Source: Rikenellaceae bacterium (lineage in GTDB: Bacteria; Bacteroidota; Bacteroidia; Bacteroidales; Rikenellaceae). From it: a stretch of DNA of 64,000 nucleotides. The notes under the pieces were generated by a model that saw only the letters and a list, made by a program, of their open reading frames with translations, was not told the DNA's origin and made no database searches. Position 1 is the stretch's first letter. Every line of letters begins with the position of its first letter. A program made the translations under genes and the position numbers. The DNA is taken from contig JBCQWG010000004.1 in the NCBI GenBank assembly GCA_047172325.1, positions 7,118 through 71,117 on the forward strand, written 5' to 3'. Positions 48,312 to 57,569 of the stretch are shown piece by piece.

Positions 48312-48764
48312 ATGCAATCCTCGTTTGTCAAACTTAATTTTCCACCAATAGAGCTAAAAACTCGCAAAAATATGGAAGACAACACCCTATCGGTGTGGGT
48401 TCCAATGCGCAAATGCTATATTGTGCTAACTCCAGAAGAGTGGGTAAGGCGCCACGTGGTAGGATACCTTACAACTACCTGCGGAGTCGAACCAACCCAA
48501 ATATGTGAAGAGTATCCTGTAAAAATCACCTCCCAAGCACAACGAGCTGATATCGTCGTAATGGATAGATCGGGTAAACCCGCGATACTTGTAGAGTGCA
48601 AAGCGGCCAATATCCCAATAGATAAAGAGGTCTTTGCGCAAGCTGTAAGATACAACTCCGTGGTGGGGGCGCGCTACGTGGTTCTATCTAATGGATTAAA
48701 ACACTTCTGCTTTGAGTACTCTAATGGCGAATATCTACCCATGAATAAATTCCCCCAATTTTAA
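48312..48764 (+). CDS. Stand-alone type I restriction enzyme HsdR N-terminal-domain protein
   Basis: LNFP, RK..LTPEEWVR, RADIV..LVECKA, Q..RYN, SNG. Start moved to ATG 48312; promoter TATATTTG at 48270-48277. Confidence 0.85.
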   Translation: MQSSFVKLNFPPIELKTRKNMEDNTLSVWVPMRKCYIVLTPEEWVRRHVVGYLTTTCGVEPTQICEEYPVKITSQAQRADIVVMDRSGKPAILVECKAANIPIDKEVFAQAVRYNSVVGARYVVLSNGLKHFCFEYSNGEYLPMNKFPQF

Positions 48765-50050
48765 TCCTCTTCATCCACCTCATTTCCCTCTAGCAGCCTT
48801 GATGAGAGCTGCTTCTTGGTGGGTAGCCCCAACTTGCGAAGCTTATCCCCCAAGCGCACGATATTATCATTTCCTGTATGCATTCGCTTGAATGCATCAT
48901 CGTATTTTCCTCGCGCCACATCAAGGGCCTTTCCCACATCCTCTAGCGAGGAGCTAAAATTAACTAATTGCTCGAAAAGTTTAGTCGCATTTTTCACTAT
49001 TGCCTCTGTATTTTTCGACTGAGCATTACGCTTCCAAAGATCGTCAACCAACTTAAGAAGAGCAAAGAGATTTGTTGGAGAGGAGATTATAACCTTTTTG
49101 TTGTATGCATCGCTCCAGATAGTGTTATCAGCTTGAAGCGCTGCCAAGAAAGCAGGCTCATTTGGGATAAACATAATCACAAAATCGGGCGAATTAACTA
49201 ACTTCTGATACTCCTTACGACCCAACTCATTTACGTGTTGTCGCACAGACTTAAGGTGTTGCTCAAGAAGCACGACACGCTCCGCCTCACTCTCCGCGGC
49301 AACATATCCTACAAAGGCCGTAAGAGAGGTCTTCGAATCAATGACAATCTGCTTATTATCAGGGAGATTCAGAACGACATCTGGACGCAAGTTGTTACCC
49401 TCCTCATCCTTAATATTAAACTGTGTCGAGTAGTGAATACCCTTCTCTAAATTTGAGCTATCGAGAATTGTTTCAAGGATCATCTCTCCCCAATCTCCCT
49501 GCACCTTTGAATTACCCTTAAGTGCATTTGTCAAGTTCGTTGTCTCGGTGGTAATCTTTCGATTAAGCTCCATCAAGTTTTTAAGCTCATTCTGAAGGGC
49601 TCCCCTCTGTTCATTCTCTATAGAGTAGATCCTTTCGACACGCTCCCTAAAGTCTGAGATATTATCTCTAAATGGCTTAAGAAGCAGATCAATAGACTCT
49701 TTATTGGTAGCTTTAAACTCGCGCGTATGCTCCATAAAGATATCTGTTGCTATATTCTTAAATTGCTCACGCATCCGCTCATCGCTGAGCCTCTGCTGAG
49801 CCTCTTGCTGCTCTTGCTGCTGTTCGCTAAGTTCAAGGCGACTTCGATATTGAGCCGACTCCTGCAACAATCCTCGCACCTCTGCCTCTCTCTCCGTCAA
49901 TAACCTCTCTAATTGACCTTTAGAGTCATTCAACACTTCGTTTTGACGTGCAAGGCGCTGTTGCTCAGATCGAGATGAGCCAACGACAATATATAGTAAT
50001 ACTAAGAGAAGTAGTATAACGACAACTAAGACAATTGATATTATATCCAT
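48761..50050 (-). CDS. rmuC: DNA recombination protein RmuC
   Basis: N-terminal TM, coiled coil, QGDWGE, RPD, IDSK, DFVIMFIPNE, SPTNL. Confidence 0.93.
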   Translation of the reverse strand: MDIISIVLVVVILLLLVLLYIVVGSSRSEQQRLARQNEVLNDSKGQLERLLTEREAEVRGLLQESAQYRSRLELSEQQQEQQEAQQRLSDERMREQFKNIATDIFMEHTREFKATNKESIDLLLKPFRDNISDFRERVERIYSIENEQRGALQNELKNLMELNRKITTETTNLTNALKGNSKVQGDWGEMILETILDSSNLEKGIHYSTQFNIKDEEGNNLRPDVVLNLPDNKQIVIDSKTSLTAFVGYVAAESEAERVVLLEQHLKSVRQHVNELGRKEYQKLVNSPDFVIMFIPNEPAFLAALQADNTIWSDAYNKKVIISSPTNLFALLKLVDDLWKRNAQSKNTEAIVKNATKLFEQLVNFSSSLEDVGKALDVARGKYDDAFKRMHTGNDNIVRLGDKLRKLGLPTKKQLSSRLLEGNEVDEED

Positions 50051-50176
50051 AAGGCAGTATAATTTTAATTAAGGATACAATATTACATAGTTTTTTTGTC
50101 AATTAAAAATTTCCATCAAAAAAAGTTGTATCTTTGTCGAATAACAAAAAATTACATAGATTCAGTTTTAACTTTT

Positions 50177-50824
50177 ATGCGAATAATATCACCTTCGATA
50201 CTCTCTGCCGACTTTGGGCAGTTAGAGCAAGAGACATTGATGCTCAACGAGAGCGCTGCCGAATGGATTCATATTGATGTTATGGATGGCCTCTTCGTCC
50301 CCAACATATCATTTGGATTTCCAATTCTAAAGAGCGTGAAGCAACATGCCACCAAAACTCTTGATGTGCACCTAATGATTGTATCCCCAGAGAGATATAT
50401 CGAACAATTTGCTAAAGATGGGGCTGACATCATTGTATTTCACCTTGAAGCTACCGAGGCACACATCTCAACAATTGAAGCGATTAAGAGGTATGGTAAA
50501 AAGGCAGGTGTCTCAATAAAGCCAAACACCCCAGCAAGCGCTATCAAGGAGCTACTTCCTCTCCTTGATGTAGTTCTAGTGATGAGTGTAGAGCCGGGCT
50601 TTGCTGGTCAAAAGTTCGACGAAAATGCCATTACTAAGGTGCGCGAGATCAAAGAGATGATTAATGCATGTGGCTGCAACACGCTTATTGAAGTTGATGG
50701 TGGCATCAATGCCAAGAATGCACCACTGCTATTCGAGGCGGGTGCAGATGCTATTGTTGCTGGCTCCTCTGTATTCTCGGCTGCCGATCCAAAGCTCGCT
50801 ATATTGGAACTTCTCAACGCGTAA
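50177..50824 (+). CDS. rpe: Ribulose-phosphate 3-epimerase
   Basis: SPSILSADF, HIDVMDG, DVHLM, MSVEPGF, VDGGI, VAGS. Start moved to ATG 50177 (promoter TATCTTTG at 50129-50136). Confidence 0.96.
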   Translation: MRIISPSILSADFGQLEQETLMLNESAAEWIHIDVMDGLFVPNISFGFPILKSVKQHATKTLDVHLMIVSPERYIEQFAKDGADIIVFHLEATEAHISTIEAIKRYGKKAGVSIKPNTPASAIKELLPLLDVVLVMSVEPGFAGQKFDENAITKVREIKEMINACGCNTLIEVDGGINAKNAPLLFEAGADAIVAGSSVFSAADPKLAILELLNA

Positions 50825-50830
50825 GGTTAT

Positions 50831-52765
50831 ATGATCTCACTAGATAATATATCTGTTAGCTATGGTGGCTGGCAGCTATTCGACTCAATATCGTTCCTAA
50901 TTAATCCAAAAGATAGAATTGGATTGGTTGGTCGTAATGGTGCGGGTAAAAGCACGCTCCTTAAGATCATCATTGGAGAGCAGCAGCCAACGAGCGGAGG
51001 AGTATCGCTCAATGGTGATTGCACACTGGGATATCTTCCTCAGACAATGCTTATTGCCGACACCACATCACTTGTTGAGGAGACTGCAAAGGCATTTGAG
51101 ACAGTAATAAAGATTGAGCGCGAGATAGAGAGTCTGACGAATCAAATTGCAGAACGAGATGACTACCAGAGCGAGGAGTACACCTCACTCATACATCGTC
51201 TCAATGATGCCAACGACCACTATCATATTTTGGGCGGTGACACCCGCGAGGCAGATATTGAGAAGACTCTTTTAGGATTAGGATTCAAGCGTAGCGACTT
51301 CACACGCGCCACAAAAGAGTTCTCTGGAGGTTGGCGCATGCGCATTGAGCTAGCTAAGCTCCTACTGCGTCGTCCCTCTATATTTCTACTCGATGAGCCC
51401 ACCAACCACCTTGATATTGAGAGTATTCAGTGGCTAGAGGATTACCTAAAAAGCTACAACGGTGCCGTACTCCTCATATCACACGATCGCGCATTCCTCG
51501 CCAATGTTACAAATAGAACTGTTGAGATCTCTCTAGGTAGAGCTTACGACTACAAGGTATCTTACTCAAAGTATGTTGATCTACGTGCTGAACGTCGTCA
51601 ACAGATGCTATCAGCCTACGAGAATCAACAACGACTCATAGAGAAGAGCGAAGAGTTCATAGAGAAGTTCCGCTACAAGCCAACCAAAAGCAATCAAGTG
51701 CAATCAAGAATAAAGCAACTTGAAAAGATAGAACGCATAGAGATTGAAGATGAGGATCTTTCACGACTCAACATCAAATTCCCCCCTGCACCTCGTTCGG
51801 GGCAGATCGTAGCTGAGATTAAGGATGCAGGCAAATCTTTTGGAGCCAAGCATGTCTTCAGTGGAGCCAATATTATAATTGAGAGAGGGGACAAGATTGC
51901 TCTTGTTGGTCGTAATGGCGAGGGTAAGACGACACTTGCTCGAATGATTCATGGAGAGTTAGAGCCTAGCGAGGGAACAATAAAAATTGGCGCCAACATA
52001 AATATCGGATACTTTGCTCAAAATCAAGATGATCTCATGGATGGCGACTTCACCGTCTTTGATACCCTCGACAGAGTTGCCGTGGGTGATGTTCGCACTA
52101 GGTTACGCGATATACTAGGAGCCTTTCTCTTCCGCGGGGAGGATATCGACAAGAAGGTGAAGGTGCTCTCTGGAGGTGAACGCTCGCGATTAGCTATGGC
52201 TAGATTGATGCTTGAGCCTTACAACCTATTGATTCTCGATGAGCCCACCAACCATATGGATATGCGCTCGAAAGATATATTAAAAGAGGCTATCAAAAAG
52301 TTTGACGGCACGGTAATCGTTGTCTCTCATGATCGTGAATTTTTGGATGGTACCATAGATAAGATATATGAGTTCCGTGATGGAGGGGTCAAAGAGTATT
52401 TAGGAGGAATATATTACTTCCTAGAGAAGCGTAAAATTGAATCTCTCAATGAAATTGAGCGTAAAGAGAGTCCTAAGATAAGTTCTAACGATACTACAAC
52501 GCCTAGCTCTGGTAAACTAAGCTACGAGCAGAAAAAAGAGCAGGAAAAACTTATCCGCAAAGCTCGCAAAGCCGTTGAAAGTATTGAAGCTGAGCTCGCT
52601 ACAACAGAAGCTAAGATTGCTGAGTATGATGCTCAGTTTGCAGCCTCCACTCAATATGAACAAGCTGACTTCGAAGCATATAACAAACTTAAAGAGCACT
52701 ACGACCACCTTATGCATGAGTGGGAGAAGGCCTCTTATGAACTAGAATTAATTGAAGAAAATTAG
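50831..52765 (+). CDS. ABC-F family ATP-binding protein
   Basis: Two NBDs (GRNGAGKST / GRNGEGKTT, SGG, DEPTNH), inter-domain linker, C-terminal coiled coil, no TM. Confidence 0.93.
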   Translation: MISLDNISVSYGGWQLFDSISFLINPKDRIGLVGRNGAGKSTLLKIIIGEQQPTSGGVSLNGDCTLGYLPQTMLIADTTSLVEETAKAFETVIKIEREIESLTNQIAERDDYQSEEYTSLIHRLNDANDHYHILGGDTREADIEKTLLGLGFKRSDFTRATKEFSGGWRMRIELAKLLLRRPSIFLLDEPTNHLDIESIQWLEDYLKSYNGAVLLISHDRAFLANVTNRTVEISLGRAYDYKVSYSKYVDLRAERRQQMLSAYENQQRLIEKSEEFIEKFRYKPTKSNQVQSRIKQLEKIERIEIEDEDLSRLNIKFPPAPRSGQIVAEIKDAGKSFGAKHVFSGANIIIERGDKIALVGRNGEGKTTLARMIHGELEPSEGTIKIGANINIGYFAQNQDDLMDGDFTVFDTLDRVAVGDVRTRLRDILGAFLFRGEDIDKKVKVLSGGERSRLAMARLMLEPYNLLILDEPTNHMDMRSKDILKEAIKKFDGTVIVVSHDREFLDGTIDKIYEFRDGGVKEYLGGIYYFLEKRKIESLNEIERKESPKISSNDTTTPSSGKLSYEQKKEQEKLIRKARKAVESIEAELATTEAKIAEYDAQFAASTQYEQADFEAYNKLKEHYDHLMHEWEKASYELELIEEN

Positions 52766-52771
52766 ATAACT

Positions 52772-53512
52772 ATGGATAATATACTATTTGGAATCCGCCC
52801 GGTGGTTGAAGCTATCGAGGCAGGCAAGCAGATCGAAAAGATCTACATAAAGAAAGGAGCAGAGGGGCAACTTATGACAGAGTTGCGCGACCTATGTTTC
52901 CGTCACCGACTTCGTGTGCAAGAGGTGCCAATTGAGAAGCTCAATAGATTAACTCGACTTAACCATCAAGGTGTAGTTGCTCAGATATCATCAATAGCAT
53001 ATGTTGAAGTGCAAGACATCTTAGATCGCGTACCAGAGGATGAGACACCTCTTATTGTTGTATTCGATGGTGTAACCGATGTGCGCAACTTTGGTGGCAT
53101 CGCCCGCAGCGCTGAGTGTGCTGGTGCTCACGGACTTATCACACCTCTCAAGAACTCTGCACCAGTAAATGCAGAGGCAATGAAATCATCGGCTGGAGCT
53201 CTCAACGCAATACCCGTATGTCGCGTAGGCTCCATTCGCACCACCCTTATGACACTTCAGGCTGAAGGCTTCCAGATTGTAGCGGCTACCGAGAAGAGTA
53301 AAAAACTAATCTACGACGCCGACTTCCGCCAGCCAACAGTACTTGTGATGGGCTCTGAAGATGTTGGAATCTCTCGCGAAATATTAAAACTATGCAATGA
53401 GCAGCTAGCAATCCCGCTTATAGGTCATATCGAATCACTTAACGTCTCCGCAGCTGCGGCAATAATGCTCTTCGAGATTGTTCGCCAAAGAATTGGTGGC
53501 ACTAATGAATAA
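52772..53512 (+). CDS. rlmB: 23S rRNA Gm2251 2'-O-methyltransferase
   Basis: NHQGVVA, VTDVRNFGGIAR, GSEDVG, IP, SLNVS. Confidence 0.92.
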   Translation: MDNILFGIRPVVEAIEAGKQIEKIYIKKGAEGQLMTELRDLCFRHRLRVQEVPIEKLNRLTRLNHQGVVAQISSIAYVEVQDILDRVPEDETPLIVVFDGVTDVRNFGGIARSAECAGAHGLITPLKNSAPVNAEAMKSSAGALNAIPVCRVGSIRTTLMTLQAEGFQIVAATEKSKKLIYDADFRQPTVLVMGSEDVGISREILKLCNEQLAIPLIGHIESLNVSAAAAIMLFEIVRQRIGGTNE

Positions 53513-53514
53513 AG

Positions 53515-53545
53515 TATTTAGAGGGGAGTTTAATCTCCTCTAAAT
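53515..53545. terminator. Terminator hairpin of convergent rlmB/GNAT, split by the MITE insertion
   Basis: TATTTAGAGGGG..CTCCTCTAAAT. The remainder (CCCTCTAAATACTT) lies at 53989-54002 and complements AAGTATTTAGAGGG. Confidence 0.65.
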
Positions 53546-53988
53546 CAGGGTAAACGCATAAAAAAGTTTCTCATCGCCTCCGGCGGGCAGGGTGCTCCCT
53601 GCGGAGCTATTCTTCTCTTGCGAATTGGGCTTATAGCTACGCTATGAAATTAAAGGTATTAAAATAGTTATCACGAATAAATTCGCATAACTATTTTAAT
53701 ACCTTTAATTTTTTAAATGCCTGAAGGCATTTAAACCCAATCCGAGGTTAACCTCGCTGATGGGATGATGTCAACCTCCGGTTGACATAGATAGATGCAT
53801 TATAAAGAGCGTTGAAAATAAATTTTCATAAGATCTTTATAATGCATCTATCGTAGGGTAAAGCCCTCATCACATCAGTGCAACACAAGGTCAAAAACGA
53901 TAGTTTTTGGATCCAAGCTTCGCTTGGCGGCCGCCCGCTGTTAGGGCATTAGCAAGTGGTGTAAGCTCTATTTTCATGGGTTTGCCTA
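53546..53988 (+). mobile_element. MITE-like structured element, copy 2 (longest, 443 bp)
   Basis: Imperfect TIRs CAGGGTAAACGCATAAAAA / TTTTCATGGGTTTGCCTA. Flanking direct repeat TCCTCTAAAT / CCCTCTAAAT (9/10). At least 7 internal hairpins; no ORF. Confidence 0.82.
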
Positions 53989-54001
53989 CCCTCTAAATAC
54001 T

Positions 54002-54511
54002 TTATAACAATCTCTCAAAGCCAAATCTATGGGCCTTTGATTCAGTCAAATAGATATCTCCACAGAGAGTAAAGCCCATCCTCTGAAGTAGGTTCTGCAT
54101 CACGATATTGTCGCGGTGGGTATCAGCGCGCAGAGAATGGATGCCACGGCTGATGGCCTCTGACTCCATCGCTGCAAAAAATATTGCTCCTACACCCTCT
54201 CCTCTAAAGGAGGAGCTCACAGCTAGGCGATGCAGTGTAATATAGTCAAAGTTAGAAAGCCACTCACCATTGTAGATATTGTGGTAAGACTCCTCTGCGC
54301 CATATGCCAGAACACCATATGCTGCAATCACGCCCTCTCTCTCTAGAACGTAACCTCTGTCAAGCTCTACATCAAGCTCAATAACACCCACCGTAGGGTA
54401 GCCATCTTGCCACTGATCTACACCGCGAGAGTGAAGAAACTGCTGACAGTCAGCTATTATAAGCATAATATCTGATATATCATCAGAGGTGGCTGATCTT
54501 AAACTATACAT
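54002..54511 (-). CDS. GNAT-family N-acetyltransferase
   Basis: QWQDGYP, LHRLAV, RGEGVG, DTH..N..MQ, GF. Confidence 0.88.
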   Translation of the reverse strand: MYSLRSATSDDISDIMLIIADCQQFLHSRGVDQWQDGYPTVGVIELDVELDRGYVLEREGVIAAYGVLAYGAEESYHNIYNGEWLSNFDYITLHRLAVSSSFRGEGVGAIFFAAMESEAISRGIHSLRADTHRDNIVMQNLLQRMGFTLCGDIYLTESKAHRFGFERLL

Positions 54512-55023
54512 ACTTTATTATATTTGACAAGCACATTAAGTAATTCACTCTCGAAATTTGGTGTAAAAATATCTTTACCTAACGATTCCGAGATCTCTCC
54601 AACACTCCAGAACCTACCCCCATCGAGCTCCTCCGTAGGGCAGACCTCTCCATCGAAACAAGTGGTGTAGACATGTACTAACTCCCTCTCTCGCTCCGAT
54701 TCAAAGATATAGGAGCAGATGAATTGTGGATCGAAGCCCTCGATGCCCAACTCCTCACGGCTCTCACGCGCAAGTGCATCTTGAACCATCTCTCCAAAAT
54801 CAACATGTCCTCCTACGCCACTATCCCAACGATTTGGTTGTATATCTTTCCATGATGGGCGATGCTGCAAATAGAGATCGCCATCAGAGTTAAATAGATG
54901 CAGATGCACAACAGGATGTAGCAACTTAGAGCCACTATGACACTCCGTGCGTGTAGCTGATCCAACTACCCTACCATCCTCTTCGACGATTGGAAATAGC
55001 TCCTCTGAATCTTGATTTATCAT
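54499..55023 (-). CDS. NUDIX hydrolase (IPP isomerase-like)
   Basis: LLHPVVH, R..WKD.QP..WD, GGHVDFGE, A.RESREELG. Confidence 0.88.
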   Translation of the reverse strand: MINQDSEELFPIVEEDGRVVGSATRTECHSGSKLLHPVVHLHLFNSDGDLYLQHRPSWKDIQPNRWDSGVGGHVDFGEMVQDALARESREELGIEGFDPQFICSYIFESERERELVHVYTTCFDGEVCPTEELDGGRFWSVGEISESLGKDIFTPNFESELLNVLVKYNKVCIV

Positions 55024-57560
55024 CTCTCGTTCTCCTCCCTTGGTTGACCCGTTTTAAAACCTAAAGACTCCATCCACTCCTCTGCATATGGAGGTACTAA
55101 CTCATTTCGTTCACGCCATAAACCGCTCTCAATCAGCTCATCACGATGAGCATTTAGCTCTTCATGTATAGGGAATGTAGGACGCGGTATAATACTCTTC
55201 TCCTCTCTAACTGAAGGCCGTATGACTCTATCAAAAACATCACCTTGCGATGGTCTTCTCTCCATCTGCCAGCTAAAACCCTTCAACGTATACTCTTGAT
55301 CCGCAGGAATCATATTCATTGGATAGAGTGTATAATCGGGATCACCTCGATATGTGATACCGACCACATTTTGCTCTTCTATATAGAAAGTGGCTGATGC
55401 ACTTGCCATAACCATAAGGCCATCAACATCATTACTATCCTCCTCCTGCATAAAGTAAATTGTCTGAGCATTACCATCCACATCTGTACGATAGATATTA
55501 CTATCTTGAAATAATGAGGTGATAACCCTACCTGCAATTTGGTTATAATAGATATTCTGCTCTATTTCACTTGCCACAATGGGGTTACCCTCGGTGAATA
55601 TAGCCTTAGTAATCTGACTGTTAGAGCTATATATATCCATCACATCCGATGTAACTTGGTTATTATCATGCCACAGAATAGGGTCGATGTAGAGTCTAAT
55701 TATTGAATCTAATGAATTAGTCGCCATCGAGTCGGCAACCGCTTGGAAATCAGATCTATATATTCTAACATTGCGATAACCCTTTGTCAAGCGATAGAGG
55801 GAGTCTACAGCTACAGAATCTATAGCTATGGTATCTACATGAAGAGAATCCACGATAATAGAATCCACAATATCGGGGGCCACAGGCAACAGCTCATTAA
55901 TAAGAGCGGCAGTATCTACAGCCAACGCTGAGATCATCTCCGTGCTATCCGCCGCGGAGATCTTACCTCGCTCCACATCTCTACGTATCTTGCGAGTCTC
56001 ACGCTCTGCTATCTTCGCTTGTCGCTCTGCAACTCTACGCGCCTCACGCACCTTCTCGGCATCTAACTTAGCGTTAATTACCAATTGGCGTTCTCGCCCA
56101 ATGCTATCTAGAACTATCTTCTTTGCTACGTCCACCTCCATTTTTTGCGCTGCACGTATCTTTCTCTTCTCTTGATAATTATGCTTTATTCGTTGCCAGA
56201 AGTTAAGAGTATCAACAGCTGACGACATCGCAAGAGAGTCAACCACTAAAGAGTCAACTTGCTCTACACCTTGACCATCCAAGCTATCAGGGGTTTGGAT
56301 CAAATCCTCCTCCAGAGGGGGTTGCACATCAACTGGTGGAGCAGCTTGAGGTGCCGCCTCTGGCAAAGGCGGTAAGTTGGGATCAGACAAAGCCTCTGCT
56401 CCAATAGGAGGACGCGCACCACCACCATTCGGGGTAAACTCTCGCCCGCCCCTAACATTTAGCTCTTTACCTTGAACCGGGGCCTCATGTATATGTTCAT
56501 GGTCGTGGTCATGGTCGTGGTCATGAACATCTTCTGTTGAGGTGACAGCACTTGTTTCTAATGATTCACTTAACTCAAAACGATTGAGAGTAAATATCTG
56601 AAAGGTATCAGCACGCATAAAGAGTGAGTCACCCTGCTCCTTATCATAGCTAATGATTGAGGGGTTTCCGACCAGTGTAATATCTCCGGGAGTTTTGATA
56701 TACTCTCCATAATCACCAAAGATCAAGCTTTTTTGAGTTGTATCATCAATCTGAATATTATTGCGCATATAGATATGCTCTGTTGCGCGATAATAATCCA
56801 TTGAGTCGCCCCACATCTCCTGCTCCTCTGTGAGGATATAACCATTTAACGAGAATGAGTAGCGATCAGCAATCTTGTCATAATCACCCTCATCGGCATA
56901 GAGGTACTCATCTTTCTCATTCCAAATATTTGTGTTTGCAAAGTAATATGCAGCCTCAGTCTCTGTGTTATAAATGATAGAATCACTGGTCATCTCATAC
57001 TCATCTCCGCTAAGCTGGACATCTCCAACTCCAATTAGCTCCTTAGTATCAGAGTAGTAGTAACCATTTACAGACTCCATAACACTCTCACCATTAATCA
57101 TCACACCGCCGCCAACATAGCTTCCTATATTATCGAGAGTGTTAAAGCGAAAGTTATAACAATAGAGAGTTGCGTCACCATCCACCACCTTAACGATTGG
57201 TGCATAGAGATTAACTTCATTCAAATCACCATTATAGTCAGCTCGATCAGCATATGCATAAGTTGTATTCTTATTGATTATGACTGCTCCAAAGCACTCC
57301 AATCGCTTGTCGCTATATCGAACCGCACTATCGGCTGTGATAATAGCACCATTATGCTGCGCAGCAAAGTTACCCACTAAACACATAACCTCAACGGTAT
57401 CGTTGAGGGTTATGGGATAAACTATGTCCGCAGTGAGATCTATGATCTTCGTTTCGGGATTCTCCTCAACTTGACCACTACCCTTTTGGGCAAAAAGCAG
57501 ATCATCGAAGAGAGTCCACGAAAGCACTACAATTATCAGTAGCGATATTATTCGACGCAT
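55020..57560 (-). CDS. OstA/LptA-like beta-jellyroll protein with large low-complexity insertion
   Basis: Signal peptide, H.GA..TADSA repeats, DSLFMRADT, C-terminal LKGFSW; follows surA as expected in Bacteroidota. Confidence 0.8.
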   Translation of the reverse strand: MRRIISLLIIVVLSWTLFDDLLFAQKGSGQVEENPETKIIDLTADIVYPITLNDTVEVMCLVGNFAAQHNGAIITADSAVRYSDKRLECFGAVIINKNTTYAYADRADYNGDLNEVNLYAPIVKVVDGDATLYCYNFRFNTLDNIGSYVGGGVMINGESVMESVNGYYYSDTKELIGVGDVQLSGDEYEMTSDSIIYNTETEAAYYFANTNIWNEKDEYLYADEGDYDKIADRYSFSLNGYILTEEQEMWGDSMDYYRATEHIYMRNNIQIDDTTQKSLIFGDYGEYIKTPGDITLVGNPSIISYDKEQGDSLFMRADTFQIFTLNRFELSESLETSAVTSTEDVHDHDHDHDHEHIHEAPVQGKELNVRGGREFTPNGGGARPPIGAEALSDPNLPPLPEAAPQAAPPVDVQPPLEEDLIQTPDSLDGQGVEQVDSLVVDSLAMSSAVDTLNFWQRIKHNYQEKRKIRAAQKMEVDVAKKIVLDSIGRERQLVINAKLDAEKVREARRVAERQAKIAERETRKIRRDVERGKISAADSTEMISALAVDTAALINELLPVAPDIVDSIIVDSLHVDTIAIDSVAVDSLYRLTKGYRNVRIYRSDFQAVADSMATNSLDSIIRLYIDPILWHDNNQVTSDVMDIYSSNSQITKAIFTEGNPIVASEIEQNIYYNQIAGRVITSLFQDSNIYRTDVDGNAQTIYFMQEEDSNDVDGLMVMASASATFYIEEQNVVGITYRGDPDYTLYPMNMIPADQEYTLKGFSWQMERRPSQGDVFDRVIRPSVREEKSIIPRPTFPIHEELNAHRDELIESGLWRERNELVPPYAEEWMESLGFKTGQPREENER

Positions 57561-57569
57561 ATATAGAGA

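Noticed and set aside
46931-48412. Apparent 197-bp head-to-head overlap of the GH2-like and HsdR-N ORFs
   Set aside because: Artefact of longest-ORF start calls; the likely starts (48259 and 48312) leave a 52-bp promoter gap.
50831-52765. ABC-F as an antibiotic-resistance (ARE) factor
   Set aside because: Housekeeping context (rpe, rlmB) and a C-terminal coiled coil like translation-factor ABC-Fs; no mobile context.
14380-53988. Repeated intergenic sequences as a CRISPR array, tRNA, or riboswitch (e.g. cobalamin riboswitch)
   Set aside because: No repeat-spacer periodicity, no cloverleaf, no B12-box motif recognised. TIRs, a TSD and positions unrelated to neighbouring gene function fit a mobile element better.
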